IMG/VR virus record: IMGVR_UViG_3300032295_002162
Location: 1-60,063 of that record
From: a virus
Lineage: Duplodnaviria > Caudoviricetes
Length of the DNA: 60,063 bases
Strand: one strand, 5' to 3'
Positions 1 to 7,518 of the stretch are shown piece by piece; within the stretch, counting starts at the first letter, position 1, and each line of letters starts with the position of its first letter. The notes beneath the pieces are model-generated. The model had not been told where the DNA came from. It did not search any database and saw nothing but the letters and a program-made list of their open reading frames with translations. The translations under genes and the position numbers were made by a program.

Positions 1-230
1 CACTTCGAACCGCAGGTGTGGAAAGTTTTTCAAGTTGGAGGGGAACTTTCCGAGCGCTAACCGAAACCCAATAATACTATTTCGTATTTGATTACTTTAC
101 TTTAAGTCTTTTACAACTTTGGTGAAATCCAATCTAAACCACACTAACCTACTACTTTTAAGTTTCAATTTTAAGTCTCAAACTAACTTGCTCTCATTAA
201 TGCGAACTCAATGTTAAACAGACTACGATG

Positions 231-302
231 AGCGGTGCGAAGGTTTTGCTCCCCCTCCTCCACACTGGAATGTGTGATGTGCTACTATTACACCAATACC
301 GC
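231..302 (-). tRNA. Non-canonical tRNA-Gly-like RNA (TCC inside an 8-nt anticodon loop; degenerate D- and T-loops)
   Basis: Minus strand folds as GCGGTAT-TG-GTGT/AATAGTA/GCAC-A-TCACA/CATTCCAG/TGTGG-AGGA-GGGGG/AGCAAAA/CCTTC-GCACCGC-T. Has Gly identity elements G1-C72, C2-G71, G3-C70, U73 and CC in the anticodon. No encoded CCA. Confidence 0.75.
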
Positions 303-309
303 TTATAAA

Positions 310-1170
310 AATAAGGATGAGAATACTCCGTATCGTAAACCAGCTTTAGAAAGATTATTGTTTCCTTTCGTTTCCACATCCTTTTGAGATGTACCGATTC
401 AATGCAGGTTATTTAAGATTAACCACTCTTTAAGTTGTAACTTACTCACCTATTACTCCCCTTATTCAATCCTGCCGAACTGATTCAACCTTGCGGGTCT
501 ATAAGCTTTTCGTAGATATCACATCCGCCTTGCGAGCGTTTGTGGCTGGGAACATCTCCCAACTATGTATGCACCTTTCGGTCACAACTGATGAACACTC
601 TTGCTTTATGTTTATTTATAAGTTTTTACACCGAAGTAAAAATAAAGTTTTGGTTCGTAGATGGATTCAGGTAGTGGTTCACCATAGGCTTCGTTATCTT
701 TTGAACAACGAAATACCAAACTACCCGATGTGTTATCCCTAACACCATACTTCAAGTCATCTTCATTAGAAGGGGTTGGTGCCCCAAACTAAAGGATAGC
801 AACGCCACCACGCGTTTACAGTCTTATCTTACTACCTTTCGTATAGCTTGATGTTAAGACCACTTTTGTATTGAATCACGCAATAGTATGAAGGGATTAA
901 GTTCATATTTCTTACATTAATTCTATGAGTTATTCTTATTGGTGTTCCCACCTCAACCAAAGAATCTACAATTCCTCAGTCATTCCGGCTCTTCGATGAT
1001 AGTGTTACCCCCACCTACAAAGTCAGAATGATATCTCACTTGCTTACTCGAGCTCCAAAGGTTTTGAAGCCGCAAGATGCTTAACCAAACATCTCACTTT
1101 ATCCTACTTTCGTAGTTTATTTAACGACCATAAGCGGCCACTCTATTATGTAACTCAAGGTTACTATATA
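310..1170 (-). ncRNA. Large ornate structured ncRNA, GOLLD-like (boundaries approximate)
   Basis: ~860 nt with higher GC than its flanks and no credible ORF. Many GNRA-capped hairpins on the minus strand (CTAC-GAAA-GTAG, GACC-GAAA-GGT, ACCC-GCAA-GGTT). AT-rich linker with a UUCG hairpin at ~605-655. Own promoter, boxA-like leader, adjacent to tRNAs. Confidence 0.6.
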
Positions 1171-1184
1171 GAATTATTTCAATA

Positions 1185-1195
1185 TTTTAAAGAAC
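1185..1195 (-). promoter_or_regulatory. boxA-like antitermination element in the leader of the large ncRNA
   Basis: GTTCTTTAAAA on the minus strand, similar to rrn boxA; a near-identical motif precedes the tmRNA. Confidence 0.5.
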
Positions 1196-1225
1196 TTTTC
1201 AGAACTTGCTTCTGATTTACTTTTG

Positions 1226-1257
1226 TAAAGATACGAAACTTTTTTCGAAATTCCTAA
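1226..1257 (-). promoter_or_regulatory. Bacteroidota-type sigma70 promoter
   Basis: TTAGG-N19-TATCTTTA, same register as 13 other copies. Confidence 0.6.
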
Positions 1258-1285
1258 TATTTTTACAAATATTTTTTATTTTTTT

Positions 1286-1361
1286 AAATGTGAATCAAAC
1301 TTATGCCCTGTTAAGGATACTCCGTTTATACTACTCTCACATTTGAATCGGTAGTGCGATT
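1286..1361 (-). ncRNA. Putative ~75 nt small structured RNA
   Basis: Directly downstream of its own promoter; AATCG/CGATT hairpin followed by an AAATGTGA/TCACATTT stem; no ORF. Confidence 0.4.
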
Positions 1362-1365
1362 TTTA

Positions 1366-1397
1366 TAAAGATACGAAATAATTTTCACAATTCCAAA
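1366..1397 (-). promoter_or_regulatory. Bacteroidota-type promoter
   Basis: TTTGG-N19-TATCTTTA. Confidence 0.65.
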
Positions 1398-1410
1398 TCT
1401 TTTTTTAAAT

Positions 1411-1508
1411 GTTATTAAGGTATCCGGCTTTTTAGCGTGTCATAAGTAAACCTATGACTGGGCGTCACGCAATCGGTTTTATTAGTTGCTGGCTTCAACC
1501 TTAATAAC
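1411..1508 (-). ncRNA. Putative ~98 nt rod-shaped small RNA
   Basis: Perfect 11-bp closing stem GTTATTAAGGT/ACCTTAATAAC, central bubble, apical stems GCGT/ACGC and GTCATA/TATGAC; own promoter immediately upstream. Confidence 0.55.
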
Positions 1509-1512
1509 TTTG

Positions 1513-1544
1513 TAAAGATCCGAAAATATTTTCATATTTCCAAA
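1513..1544 (-). promoter_or_regulatory. Bacteroidota-type promoter, GATC variant
   Basis: TTTGG-N19-GATCTTTA. Confidence 0.6.
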
Positions 1545-1571
1545 TATATTTACAAATTTTTTAATTTTTTG

Positions 1572-1644
1572 TTGCGAGGGAAGGATTCGAACCTCCGACC
1601 TTTAGGTTATGAGCCTAACGAGCTACCACTGCTACTACCTCGCG
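1572..1644 (-). tRNA. tRNA-Met(CAT), initiator type
   Basis: CGCGAGG...TTAGG-CTCATAA-CCTAA...GGTTCGAATCC...CCTCGCA-A; C1xA72 mismatch typical of fMet; CCA not encoded. Confidence 0.95.
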
Positions 1645-1666
1645 ATATAATTTCAAATAACTTATA

Positions 1667-1698
1667 CAAAGATCGGGAAAGTTTTTCATATTTCCAAA
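1667..1698 (-). promoter_or_regulatory. Bacteroidota-type promoter, GATC variant (tRNA-Met)
   Basis: TTTGG-N19-GATCTTTG. Confidence 0.6.
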
Positions 1699-1719
1699 TC
1701 TTTTTTTAAATTTTTTTAG

Positions 1720-2086
1720 TGGAGGTGAAGGGAGTCGAACCCTTGTCCAAATACGGATTTAATAAACCTCATTCACAAGCTTAGTTAGTTTTTCTTAACT
1801 AACAAAATAGATAAAGATTTATACATTCATTATCATTAATGTTTCCAATTCGATTTCGGGTTCAATTGGTATCCACCTTTGTACACATTCTATTTAAAGT
1901 CCCACGATGTGTGCGGGAGGGATTAGGCTGCTAGAGCGTAATCAGCACCAACGAATGCCATAGCATCTTCGAAGGTCATTGTAGATAATTCTACGTCATT
2001 TATTGTTCGATAGGTATTTACGGATTTCCATCTAACCCGACTTGCAACTTACCAACTCATCGCACCTGTCAAAACCAGGCACCCCC
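1720..2086 (-). ncRNA. ssrA: tmRNA
   Basis: 5' GGGGGTGCCTGGTTTTGACAGG and 3' GGGTTCGACTCCCTTCACCTCCA form an acceptor stem with G3.U70. Tag frame 1997-1923 encodes DVELSTMTFEDAMAFVGADYALAA*. Confidence 0.95.
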
Positions 2087-2089
2087 ATA

Positions 2090-2100
2090 TGTTAAAGAAC
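2090..2100 (-). promoter_or_regulatory. boxA-like element upstream of tmRNA
   Basis: GTTCTTTAACA on the minus strand, 4 nt before the tmRNA 5' end. Confidence 0.55.
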
Positions 2101-2108
2101 TTACATTA

Positions 2109-2117
2109 TATAAGTAT
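2109..2117 (-). promoter_or_regulatory. Putative phage late-type promoter motif ATAYTTATR
   Basis: Same motif in intergenic gaps at 14377, 15292, 20312, 21660 and 40104, each ~20-35 nt upstream of a start. Confidence 0.4.
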
Positions 2118-2134
2118 ATACAAATATAATTTTA

Positions 2135-2848
2135 TTAATTTTTGTTAAATATTTTCATATAATTAATATATGCCTCATTTGTTTTACTTAAATCAAAGAA
2201 AAACATATTTTCTTTATTTAATTGTTCAAGTATCATTCTATGATCATATCTAGCTAATTCATATTTTACTACATTATTCAATGTTCTAATATCTTTATAT
2301 GAAAAATTCATTTTAGTTATTACTTCACCAATAGAATAATGATTAACATAAGATTCATCTAAATCAAATGAATTAATAAAATGTTTCATAATGTTAAAGT
2401 TACCTGCGAATAGATAATCATTTATAAATAATCCATTGGTATCAATTCCTTCGGATTGTAAATATATAGTATCCTCTTCAAAATTCTCATCTAGCATGAT
2501 ATCAAATGTGGAAATCATATCACATCTATGTAAAAACACTCTACGATATTTATCATCATCAATTTCTGATATAGCAGTTTTCCAATGATATATCATATTT
2601 GTAGTATTATTAAAATACTTATCTTCTCTTTTAGAAATAATTACTTTAGCTGATGGTATATATTTTAGTATATTCTCTTCAGATATATCCTTTTGGAAAT
2701 ACTTTTCTGGACATTTATCAACATAAGAAAATTCCTTTGTAAAATTCCAGGTTGAAAAAACTATATCAAATTTATCCAAATTTTTTAATTGGGGAATAAT
2801 AACATCAAAGTTTCTATATTCTCCAAAAAAAATTAATAAATCCCGCAT
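2135..2848 (-). CDS. Hypothetical glycan-biosynthesis-like protein
   Basis: FGEYR...FSTW...HRCD...INDYLFAG pattern shared with ORFs in the 21.7-39.9 kb island. Confidence 0.5.
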   Translation of the reverse strand: MRDLLIFFGEYRNFDVIIPQLKNLDKFDIVFSTWNFTKEFSYVDKCPEKYFQKDISEENILKYIPSAKVIISKREDKYFNNTTNMIYHWKTAISEIDDDKYRRVFLHRCDMISTFDIMLDENFEEDTIYLQSEGIDTNGLFINDYLFAGNFNIMKHFINSFDLDESYVNHYSIGEVITKMNFSYKDIRTLNNVVKYELARYDHRMILEQLNKENMFFFDLSKTNEAYINYMKIFNKN

Positions 2849-2858
2849 AACTAAGTTA

Positions 2859-3239
2859 TTATTTTTTGTCCAATACTTTAGTTTTTCTAGCTTTTTTAAT
2901 TGGCTTTTTCAAAGATTCTTCGTATCGTTTTTTTAATTTAACCAATTCAGCACATTTCTCATATTCTTCAATTGATTCAAAATGCCTTAACATACCATCT
3001 ATAGTTTCGGCAAGTTCTTCTCTAACTAACATAAACTCAAATGCCAATGCATTGAATTCTGATAATCTACTATGTCCTTTCGATTTAATTATTAATTTTA
3101 AAATTAGTTTTAAATCATCTTTACTATCCATAAAATCAGATAGTTCATCATACAATGAATTTAGTATTAGGTCTTTGTTTTCTTCAACCCAATCTTCCAT
3201 CGATGAACCACTATCTAAATATATTATCTTATGCTTCAA
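2859..3239 (-). CDS. Hypothetical protein with C-terminal UVR-like motif
   Basis: EEYEKCAELVKLK. Confidence 0.55.
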   Translation of the reverse strand: MKHKIIYLDSGSSMEDWVEENKDLILNSLYDELSDFMDSKDDLKLILKLIIKSKGHSRLSEFNALAFEFMLVREELAETIDGMLRHFESIEEYEKCAELVKLKKRYEESLKKPIKKARKTKVLDKK

Positions 3240-3864
3240 TTTGTGGGAATAAAATGTTTTTCATAAAATATTGTGCTTCCTCTGCTCCTATTAAAGCTTT
3301 TAGTGCCGAATAGGTTCGTGGATTTGATGCTTGTACCTGACAATAAGTATTTTGCTTACTGATTACAACATCGATATCATCGGTTTTCTTCTCTAACCAA
3401 AGTAGGGAATTAAGATACCAATCGTATTTATCTACCACCCAATCACAAAAACGAATGAATTCTTCATCAGATTCGGGCTTTAACATAATAAACCTATCAG
3501 AGAATACAGTAGCCCACTCAGGAATCTTCTTTCTTTCCCTAAAGTCTATACCATCATCAAACGGATAGGTGGCTATAATGGGGCTTAAATCCATGTAGGC
3601 GCCGGTAACTATTTTACCTGTGCATATCACATCAAATCCAAATATCGGTTCAGGAGACCACCTATGTGGAAACGTAGTGAAGTGTAACACTTCAATCTTA
3701 CCATCGGCATATCTTTCAACATGAGCTAAACGAAAATGCTTAGCTTCATATCGGTGATTCTCCCAACCATAATCATCAGTATGTAGTGGTTGGCAGCCAG
3801 GTGCCAACTCTACCATACCTTTTAATTTAGTTGCTAAATGATTCAGATACTCTTTGTAATTCAT
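3229..3864 (-). CDS. Ferredoxin-dependent bilin reductase (PcyA/PcyX family)
   Basis: FRLAHVE, EVLH, PIFGFDVI, MDLSP, PEWATVFS and NPRT motifs; adjacent to heme oxygenase. Confidence 0.9.
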   Translation of the reverse strand: MNYKEYLNHLATKLKGMVELAPGCQPLHTDDYGWENHRYEAKHFRLAHVERYADGKIEVLHFTTFPHRWSPEPIFGFDVICTGKIVTGAYMDLSPIIATYPFDDGIDFRERKKIPEWATVFSDRFIMLKPESDEEFIRFCDWVVDKYDWYLNSLLWLEKKTDDIDVVISKQNTYCQVQASNPRTYSALKALIGAEEAQYFMKNILFPQIEA

Positions 3865-4363
3865 CTAGTATTGCTATATTGTAATCTAATGCTTTATTTG
3901 CTTCATCTCCCATCTCATCTTTTTGGAATGCTCTAACACTACCAATTAATTCCATTTGATTTTCAAACTCATACATCTTACCACTACCTGGAACTTTTGA
4001 TTTCATCATTTGTCCACCAAACATTAGGGCTAAGTAGTTCAAATAAATATGAGCAAGTATCCTATCATCGGTTAATGATTCCAAATACATACCATATTTT
4101 TTGGTTGATTCTAATGATGGGAATTTATCACTTACCTCTTTCTGAAGTTCTTGAATATCAGCAAATACTCTTTCCAATCTTTTTAAATCAGGGTGCATTT
4201 GTGGAATCTTATGTTCCTCTATACATTGAAAGATTGATGCTTGCTGATGTAGATAGAATAAATACTCTTTCTTACTCAACTCACCTCTAAACATTTTAGC
4301 ATTGAACGGCATTCTTTCTGCCTGTGTGTGCTTTTCTTGAATAGCTTCTTTTAATGGTAACAT
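3827..4363 (-). CDS. Heme oxygenase (biliverdin-producing)
   Basis: LKEAIQEKHTQAE proximal His helix; LAHIYLNYLALMFGGQMM distal helix. Confidence 0.9.
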   Translation of the reverse strand: MLPLKEAIQEKHTQAERMPFNAKMFRGELSKKEYLFYLHQQASIFQCIEEHKIPQMHPDLKRLERVFADIQELQKEVSDKFPSLESTKKYGMYLESLTDDRILAHIYLNYLALMFGGQMMKSKVPGSGKMYEFENQMELIGSVRAFQKDEMGDEANKALDYNIAILDELQRVSESFSN

Positions 4364-4368
4364 AGTTT

Positions 4369-4626
4369 TTATTTTTCTTTTGTATTAAACGTTTTAACTC
4401 CATATGAGATGTCAAACCATAAGTTTGCCCAAATTAAATTCATACCAAACATTATACCTGGATTGTTTTTTCGTTCACCAACTGCAGTATATCGTTTCCA
4501 CCATATACCTAACTTCTTTTCTTTCCATTTTGTTTTTTCATAAACAGAATCTTTATCAATTCCATCACCTTGGTATCTAAAAATAATATTGAATTTCAGC
4601 TTACCTACTTTGTTTCTAATAATCAT
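4369..4626 (-). CDS. Hypothetical protein
   Basis: ORF in tightly packed minus-strand run. Confidence 0.55.
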   Translation of the reverse strand: MIIRNKVGKLKFNIIFRYQGDGIDKDSVYEKTKWKEKKLGIWWKRYTAVGERKNNPGIMFGMNLIWANLWFDISYGVKTFNTKEK

Positions 4627-4643
4627 AAATCTTTTTTTAATTT

Positions 4644-4814
4644 TTAATGTTTCCCATTTGTATGGGTTGTTTCCTCATCATATATCCCAAATAAATCATC
4701 ACCTTTGTAATCAGGATGATTTTTATGCATATAATCAATACCCCTCACCCATAACCATGCTATGGGTATCAGGCTTATAAATATAACTGCAAATACTACT
4801 AATTGTGCTTCCAT
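4644..4814 (-). CDS. Small membrane protein, 56 aa (not in ORF track)
   Basis: MEAQLVVFAVIFISLIPIAWLWVRGIDYMHKNHPDYKGDDLF...; fills the gap between neighbours. Confidence 0.65.
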   Translation of the reverse strand: MEAQLVVFAVIFISLIPIAWLWVRGIDYMHKNHPDYKGDDLFGIYDEETTHTNGKH

Positions 4815-4816
4815 TT

Positions 4817-5104
4817 TTATTTTTCTTTTAATTGATCGTATTCTTTTACTAATCTATTTATTTGCTCTTCAATTCCATTGGAAATTACTACTTCCAATTT
4901 ATTAGGTAAATCAGTATCAAAATAAAATCTAGCCATATTGAATTTTAGTTTGATTTGGTGGTATTTAAAACCAGGAATATTTACCAATCCTTTATCAAAT
5001 ATACTATCTAAATATTCTATTACGGATGGGATGTTTATATCCAACCCATAATGTCCTTCTTCTAAATAATCTTTATACTTTTTATTAAATTCGTTTGTTG
5101 TCAT
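4817..5104 (-). CDS. Hypothetical phage protein
   Basis: Packed ORF with QIKLKF motif. Confidence 0.65.
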   Translation of the reverse strand: MTTNEFNKKYKDYLEEGHYGLDINIPSVIEYLDSIFDKGLVNIPGFKYHQIKLKFNMARFYFDTDLPNKLEVVISNGIEEQINRLVKEYDQLKEK

Positions 5105-5114
5105 AATTTAAGTT

Positions 5115-5696
5115 TTAATCCCACCAACCTCTCATATCAGAACCATCATAATCTTCCCAATTTTTGGATAATTTAGTTCCTTTGAAAATATCCCATAATT
5201 CATTCCACTCTCTCTTTTCTATATCTCTAGCTCTCTTAAATACTTTAAGATTTTGCTTCTTCTCTGCAGGTGTATCATCATCTACCAATGAAAATAATCC
5301 TTCTTTACCTTCTACAGGTTCAAATCTAATTGGATTGTAGCTCATAGGGCCCACTTGCTCTTCTGCTCTTTTAACATAATCATCATCCAATTTATGCTTA
5401 ATCAATTCCAATGCTCTACGCATCTTTATTAATTTTACATTTCGGGTCTCAGCAACTTCTATTCCTTTCTCACTCATTCCCTTCTCCATAATACTCAAAG
5501 AACGATATAGCATCTCTAATGTAAAATGGTAATCCCACCATTGATGGTTATATAATTCTTTTCTGAATCTCCAAATGTTTTTGAAAAAGTTTGGCAATCC
5601 TCTTCTAATAAATTCCCATGCCTTCCATAGTTTAGTATCATACCAAACTAATCTTTCTATACTTTCAAAAAATGAATCCCCTGCTTCTATTTTCAT
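5115..5696 (-). CDS. Hypothetical phage protein
   Basis: WWDYHF motif and C-terminal MRGWWD. Confidence 0.7.
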   Translation of the reverse strand: MKIEAGDSFFESIERLVWYDTKLWKAWEFIRRGLPNFFKNIWRFRKELYNHQWWDYHFTLEMLYRSLSIMEKGMSEKGIEVAETRNVKLIKMRRALELIKHKLDDDYVKRAEEQVGPMSYNPIRFEPVEGKEGLFSLVDDDTPAEKKQNLKVFKRARDIEKREWNELWDIFKGTKLSKNWEDYDGSDMRGWWD

Positions 5697-5698
5697 AA

Positions 5699-5914
5699 TT
5701 AATACTTTGAACGTCCTCTTCCTAATTTTTCCAATTCTTTGTATGTTCCGGCAGAACTACTCAAAGTTTTCTTTTTGAATAAATCGGATAACTTTTTTGT
5801 TGGTCTCTTTGTTATAAATCTACCATTTTCAGTTTCTTCCAATAAAGGTGCTCTCCACATTTCGTATGCAATCCAAATTGTTGTAATACTAAATCCAATG
5901 ATAAACCAAATCAT
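5699..5914 (-). CDS. Small membrane-anchored protein
   Basis: N-terminal hydrophobic helix. Confidence 0.6.
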   Translation of the reverse strand: MIWFIIGFSITTIWIAYEMWRAPLLEETENGRFITKRPTKKLSDLFKKKTLSSSAGTYKELEKLGRGRSKY

Positions 5915-5925
5915 ATATTTTAATT

Positions 5926-6345
5926 TTAAATTGTGTGCTCAATTTTTACTCTTACACAAGTTTGTGGTAATCGGCAATTCATAAAGTAATTATTCACATA
6001 ACCCATTATATTAGCCGAACCAATTGGATTTGCTGAATGAACATAAATTTGTGGTAGTGGTATTTTTGTATTCATACTTTCTGCTACCAAAAATTTAGCA
6101 CAATCCAATCCAGTCTTTTCAGTTATGTTATTATAATCCAATGTATAGTTTGGATGAACATTATTGTAGTATTCATTCATAGCAGTATCACCCAAATCGT
6201 GGTCTAATGAAATAACTTCATAATTCTCCAACCCATTCATTTTAATATGAGCTACTAATTCATCGTAACTCCTTACCACTTTCCAATCCGCATCTTTTGG
6301 AGTTCTAACATCATCCAAATATAATCTTATTTTTTCTTTTTTCAT
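5926..6345 (-). CDS. Cyclic-phosphate-processing receiver domain protein
   Basis: LYLDDVR, ISLDHDLG, TGLDCA and HSANPIG motifs. Confidence 0.8.
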   Translation of the reverse strand: MKKEKIRLYLDDVRTPKDADWKVVRSYDELVAHIKMNGLENYEVISLDHDLGDTAMNEYYNNVHPNYTLDYNNITEKTGLDCAKFLVAESMNTKIPLPQIYVHSANPIGSANIMGYVNNYFMNCRLPQTCVRVKIEHTI

Positions 6346-6354
6346 TTTTAATTT

Positions 6355-6693
6355 TTATTTCCAAAATATTTGTATGCCCAATATACCAACACTCAAAATC
6401 AGGCAAACCAAAGTCTTTGTGGTAATTGGTTCTTTAAATATAAAATAACTCATACTAGCAAAAACTATAATACCAATAGCAAATCCTATTAATCTGCTTG
6501 GCCATATCTGTCCATCAAATGCTAATACAAAATATTCTACCGATTTTATAAATAGGTATGCCATAGGAACACCTGTTAATAAAGTCATTATGGGATATTT
6601 TTCATACCATCCCCATTTGATATTACCCTGCAATTGTAGAAAGGTAATAATTTGAGCCACTAGCCCATAAAGCATTCCTAATAATAGATTCAT
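6355..6693 (-). CDS. Four-helix membrane protein (SMR/DMT-like); start revised to 6693
   Basis: Four hydrophobic segments and FKEPIT motif; the upstream ATG at 6711 falls inside the promoter. Confidence 0.65.
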   Translation of the reverse strand: MNLLLGMLYGLVAQIITFLQLQGNIKWGWYEKYPIMTLLTGVPMAYLFIKSVEYFVLAFDGQIWPSRLIGFAIGIIVFASMSYFIFKEPITTKTLVCLILSVGILGIQIFWK

Positions 6694-6697
6694 AATA

Positions 6698-6729
6698 CAA
6701 ATATACAACATTTATTTGATATAACCAAA
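6698..6729 (-). promoter_or_regulatory. Bacteroidota-type promoter
   Basis: TTTGG-N19-TATATTTG. Confidence 0.7.
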
Positions 6730-6733
6730 TAAA

Positions 6734-6925
6734 TTAATCTCCCAATAGATTTATTACTTGCCTGCGGATTCTACCATGCTTATCGGTGATTGTTATGTAT
6801 AAATCACCATTAGATGGATTAAATAGAGTTTTGTGAGTATTATAAGGGTCAGGTTGAACTCTCTTCGGTGCTTTCGAAAGCTTCATAGCTTCTAAATCTT
6901 TCTTTCGTTTTTCTTCTGATGTCAT
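6734..6925 (-). CDS. Hypothetical protein
   Basis: Short ORF overlapping the neighbour's 3' end. Confidence 0.5.
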   Translation of the reverse strand: MTSEEKRKKDLEAMKLSKAPKRVQPDPYNTHKTLFNPSNGDLYITITDKHGRIRRQVINLLGD

Positions 6926-7238
6926 TTTCTTTAATATAATCCATTAATAATTTAATACGATGTGATAATTCATACTCTTCATTTTCAACAGTCCATTCTA
7001 ATAAAGAATCAATATCATTCATAACATCACCAATCGTAAGCCTACAATGTAATATAGTTTTACTTTTACCCTTTTTAACTCTTATCTTACACACAGTAGC
7101 TACATCAACTTCATTATACAGCATCTCTTCAGCAGCTGTAATAATTTCGTTTACTATTAAAGGTCTACTATTCTCCATAAAACCCGCAAGTTCGTTATGA
7201 GATATTTCAAACTCTAATATTTTTCTAGCTTCGTTCAT
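6849..7238 (-). CDS. Hypothetical protein
   Basis: EEYELS motif resembling ORF 2859-3239. Confidence 0.6.
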   Translation of the reverse strand: MNEARKILEFEISHNELAGFMENSRPLIVNEIITAAEEMLYNEVDVATVCKIRVKKGKSKTILHCRLTIGDVMNDIDSLLEWTVENEEYELSHRIKLLMDYIKENDIRRKTKERFRSYEAFESTEESST

Positions 7239-7239
7239 T

Positions 7240-7515
7240 TTAATAAACCGGCTTTACTTTTAAAATACAACCAGATAATTTATTATTTTCTATACCTGCG
7301 GTTTCGATGGATGTAATTTCCCAATTCAAACCCGCATATTTTATTTTATTACCAACAAAGTAAGAAGGCCCTCCTTCAAAATCATACATATTCAATCCAC
7401 CATTTTCTTTTGGAGATATTCTACCAAAAGTGGATTCCCCAATAACTCTAAATGTTTGGTGGTCTAATTTTTCAATAGACCTATCTAACCCATATCTACT
7501 TTTTACAATTTCCAT
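7240..7515 (-). CDS. Hypothetical phage protein
   Basis: KSRYG and DFEGGP motifs. Confidence 0.65.
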   Translation of the reverse strand: MEIVKSRYGLDRSIEKLDHQTFRVIGESTFGRISPKENGGLNMYDFEGGPSYFVGNKIKYAGLNWEITSIETAGIENNKLSGCILKVKPVY

Positions 7516-7518
7516 CTT

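Noticed and set aside
197-742. ORFs 197-379 (-) and 491-742 (+)
   Set aside because: They overlap the tRNA-like and large structured RNAs, have atypical composition and show no motifs.
310-1170. Group I/II intron or rRNA fragment
   Set aside because: There is no interrupted host gene, no recognisable domain V or P7 core and no rRNA signature; the region has its own promoter.
1226-1698. CRISPR-like array from repeats spaced ~145 bp apart
   Set aside because: The repeats are degenerate promoter motifs also found singly elsewhere, the spacers are too long and there is no cas operon.
3229-4363. Cyanophage assignment based on ho1/pcyA
   Set aside because: No photosynthesis genes are present, and promoters, DUF4494 and the tmRNA 5' end point to Bacteroidota.
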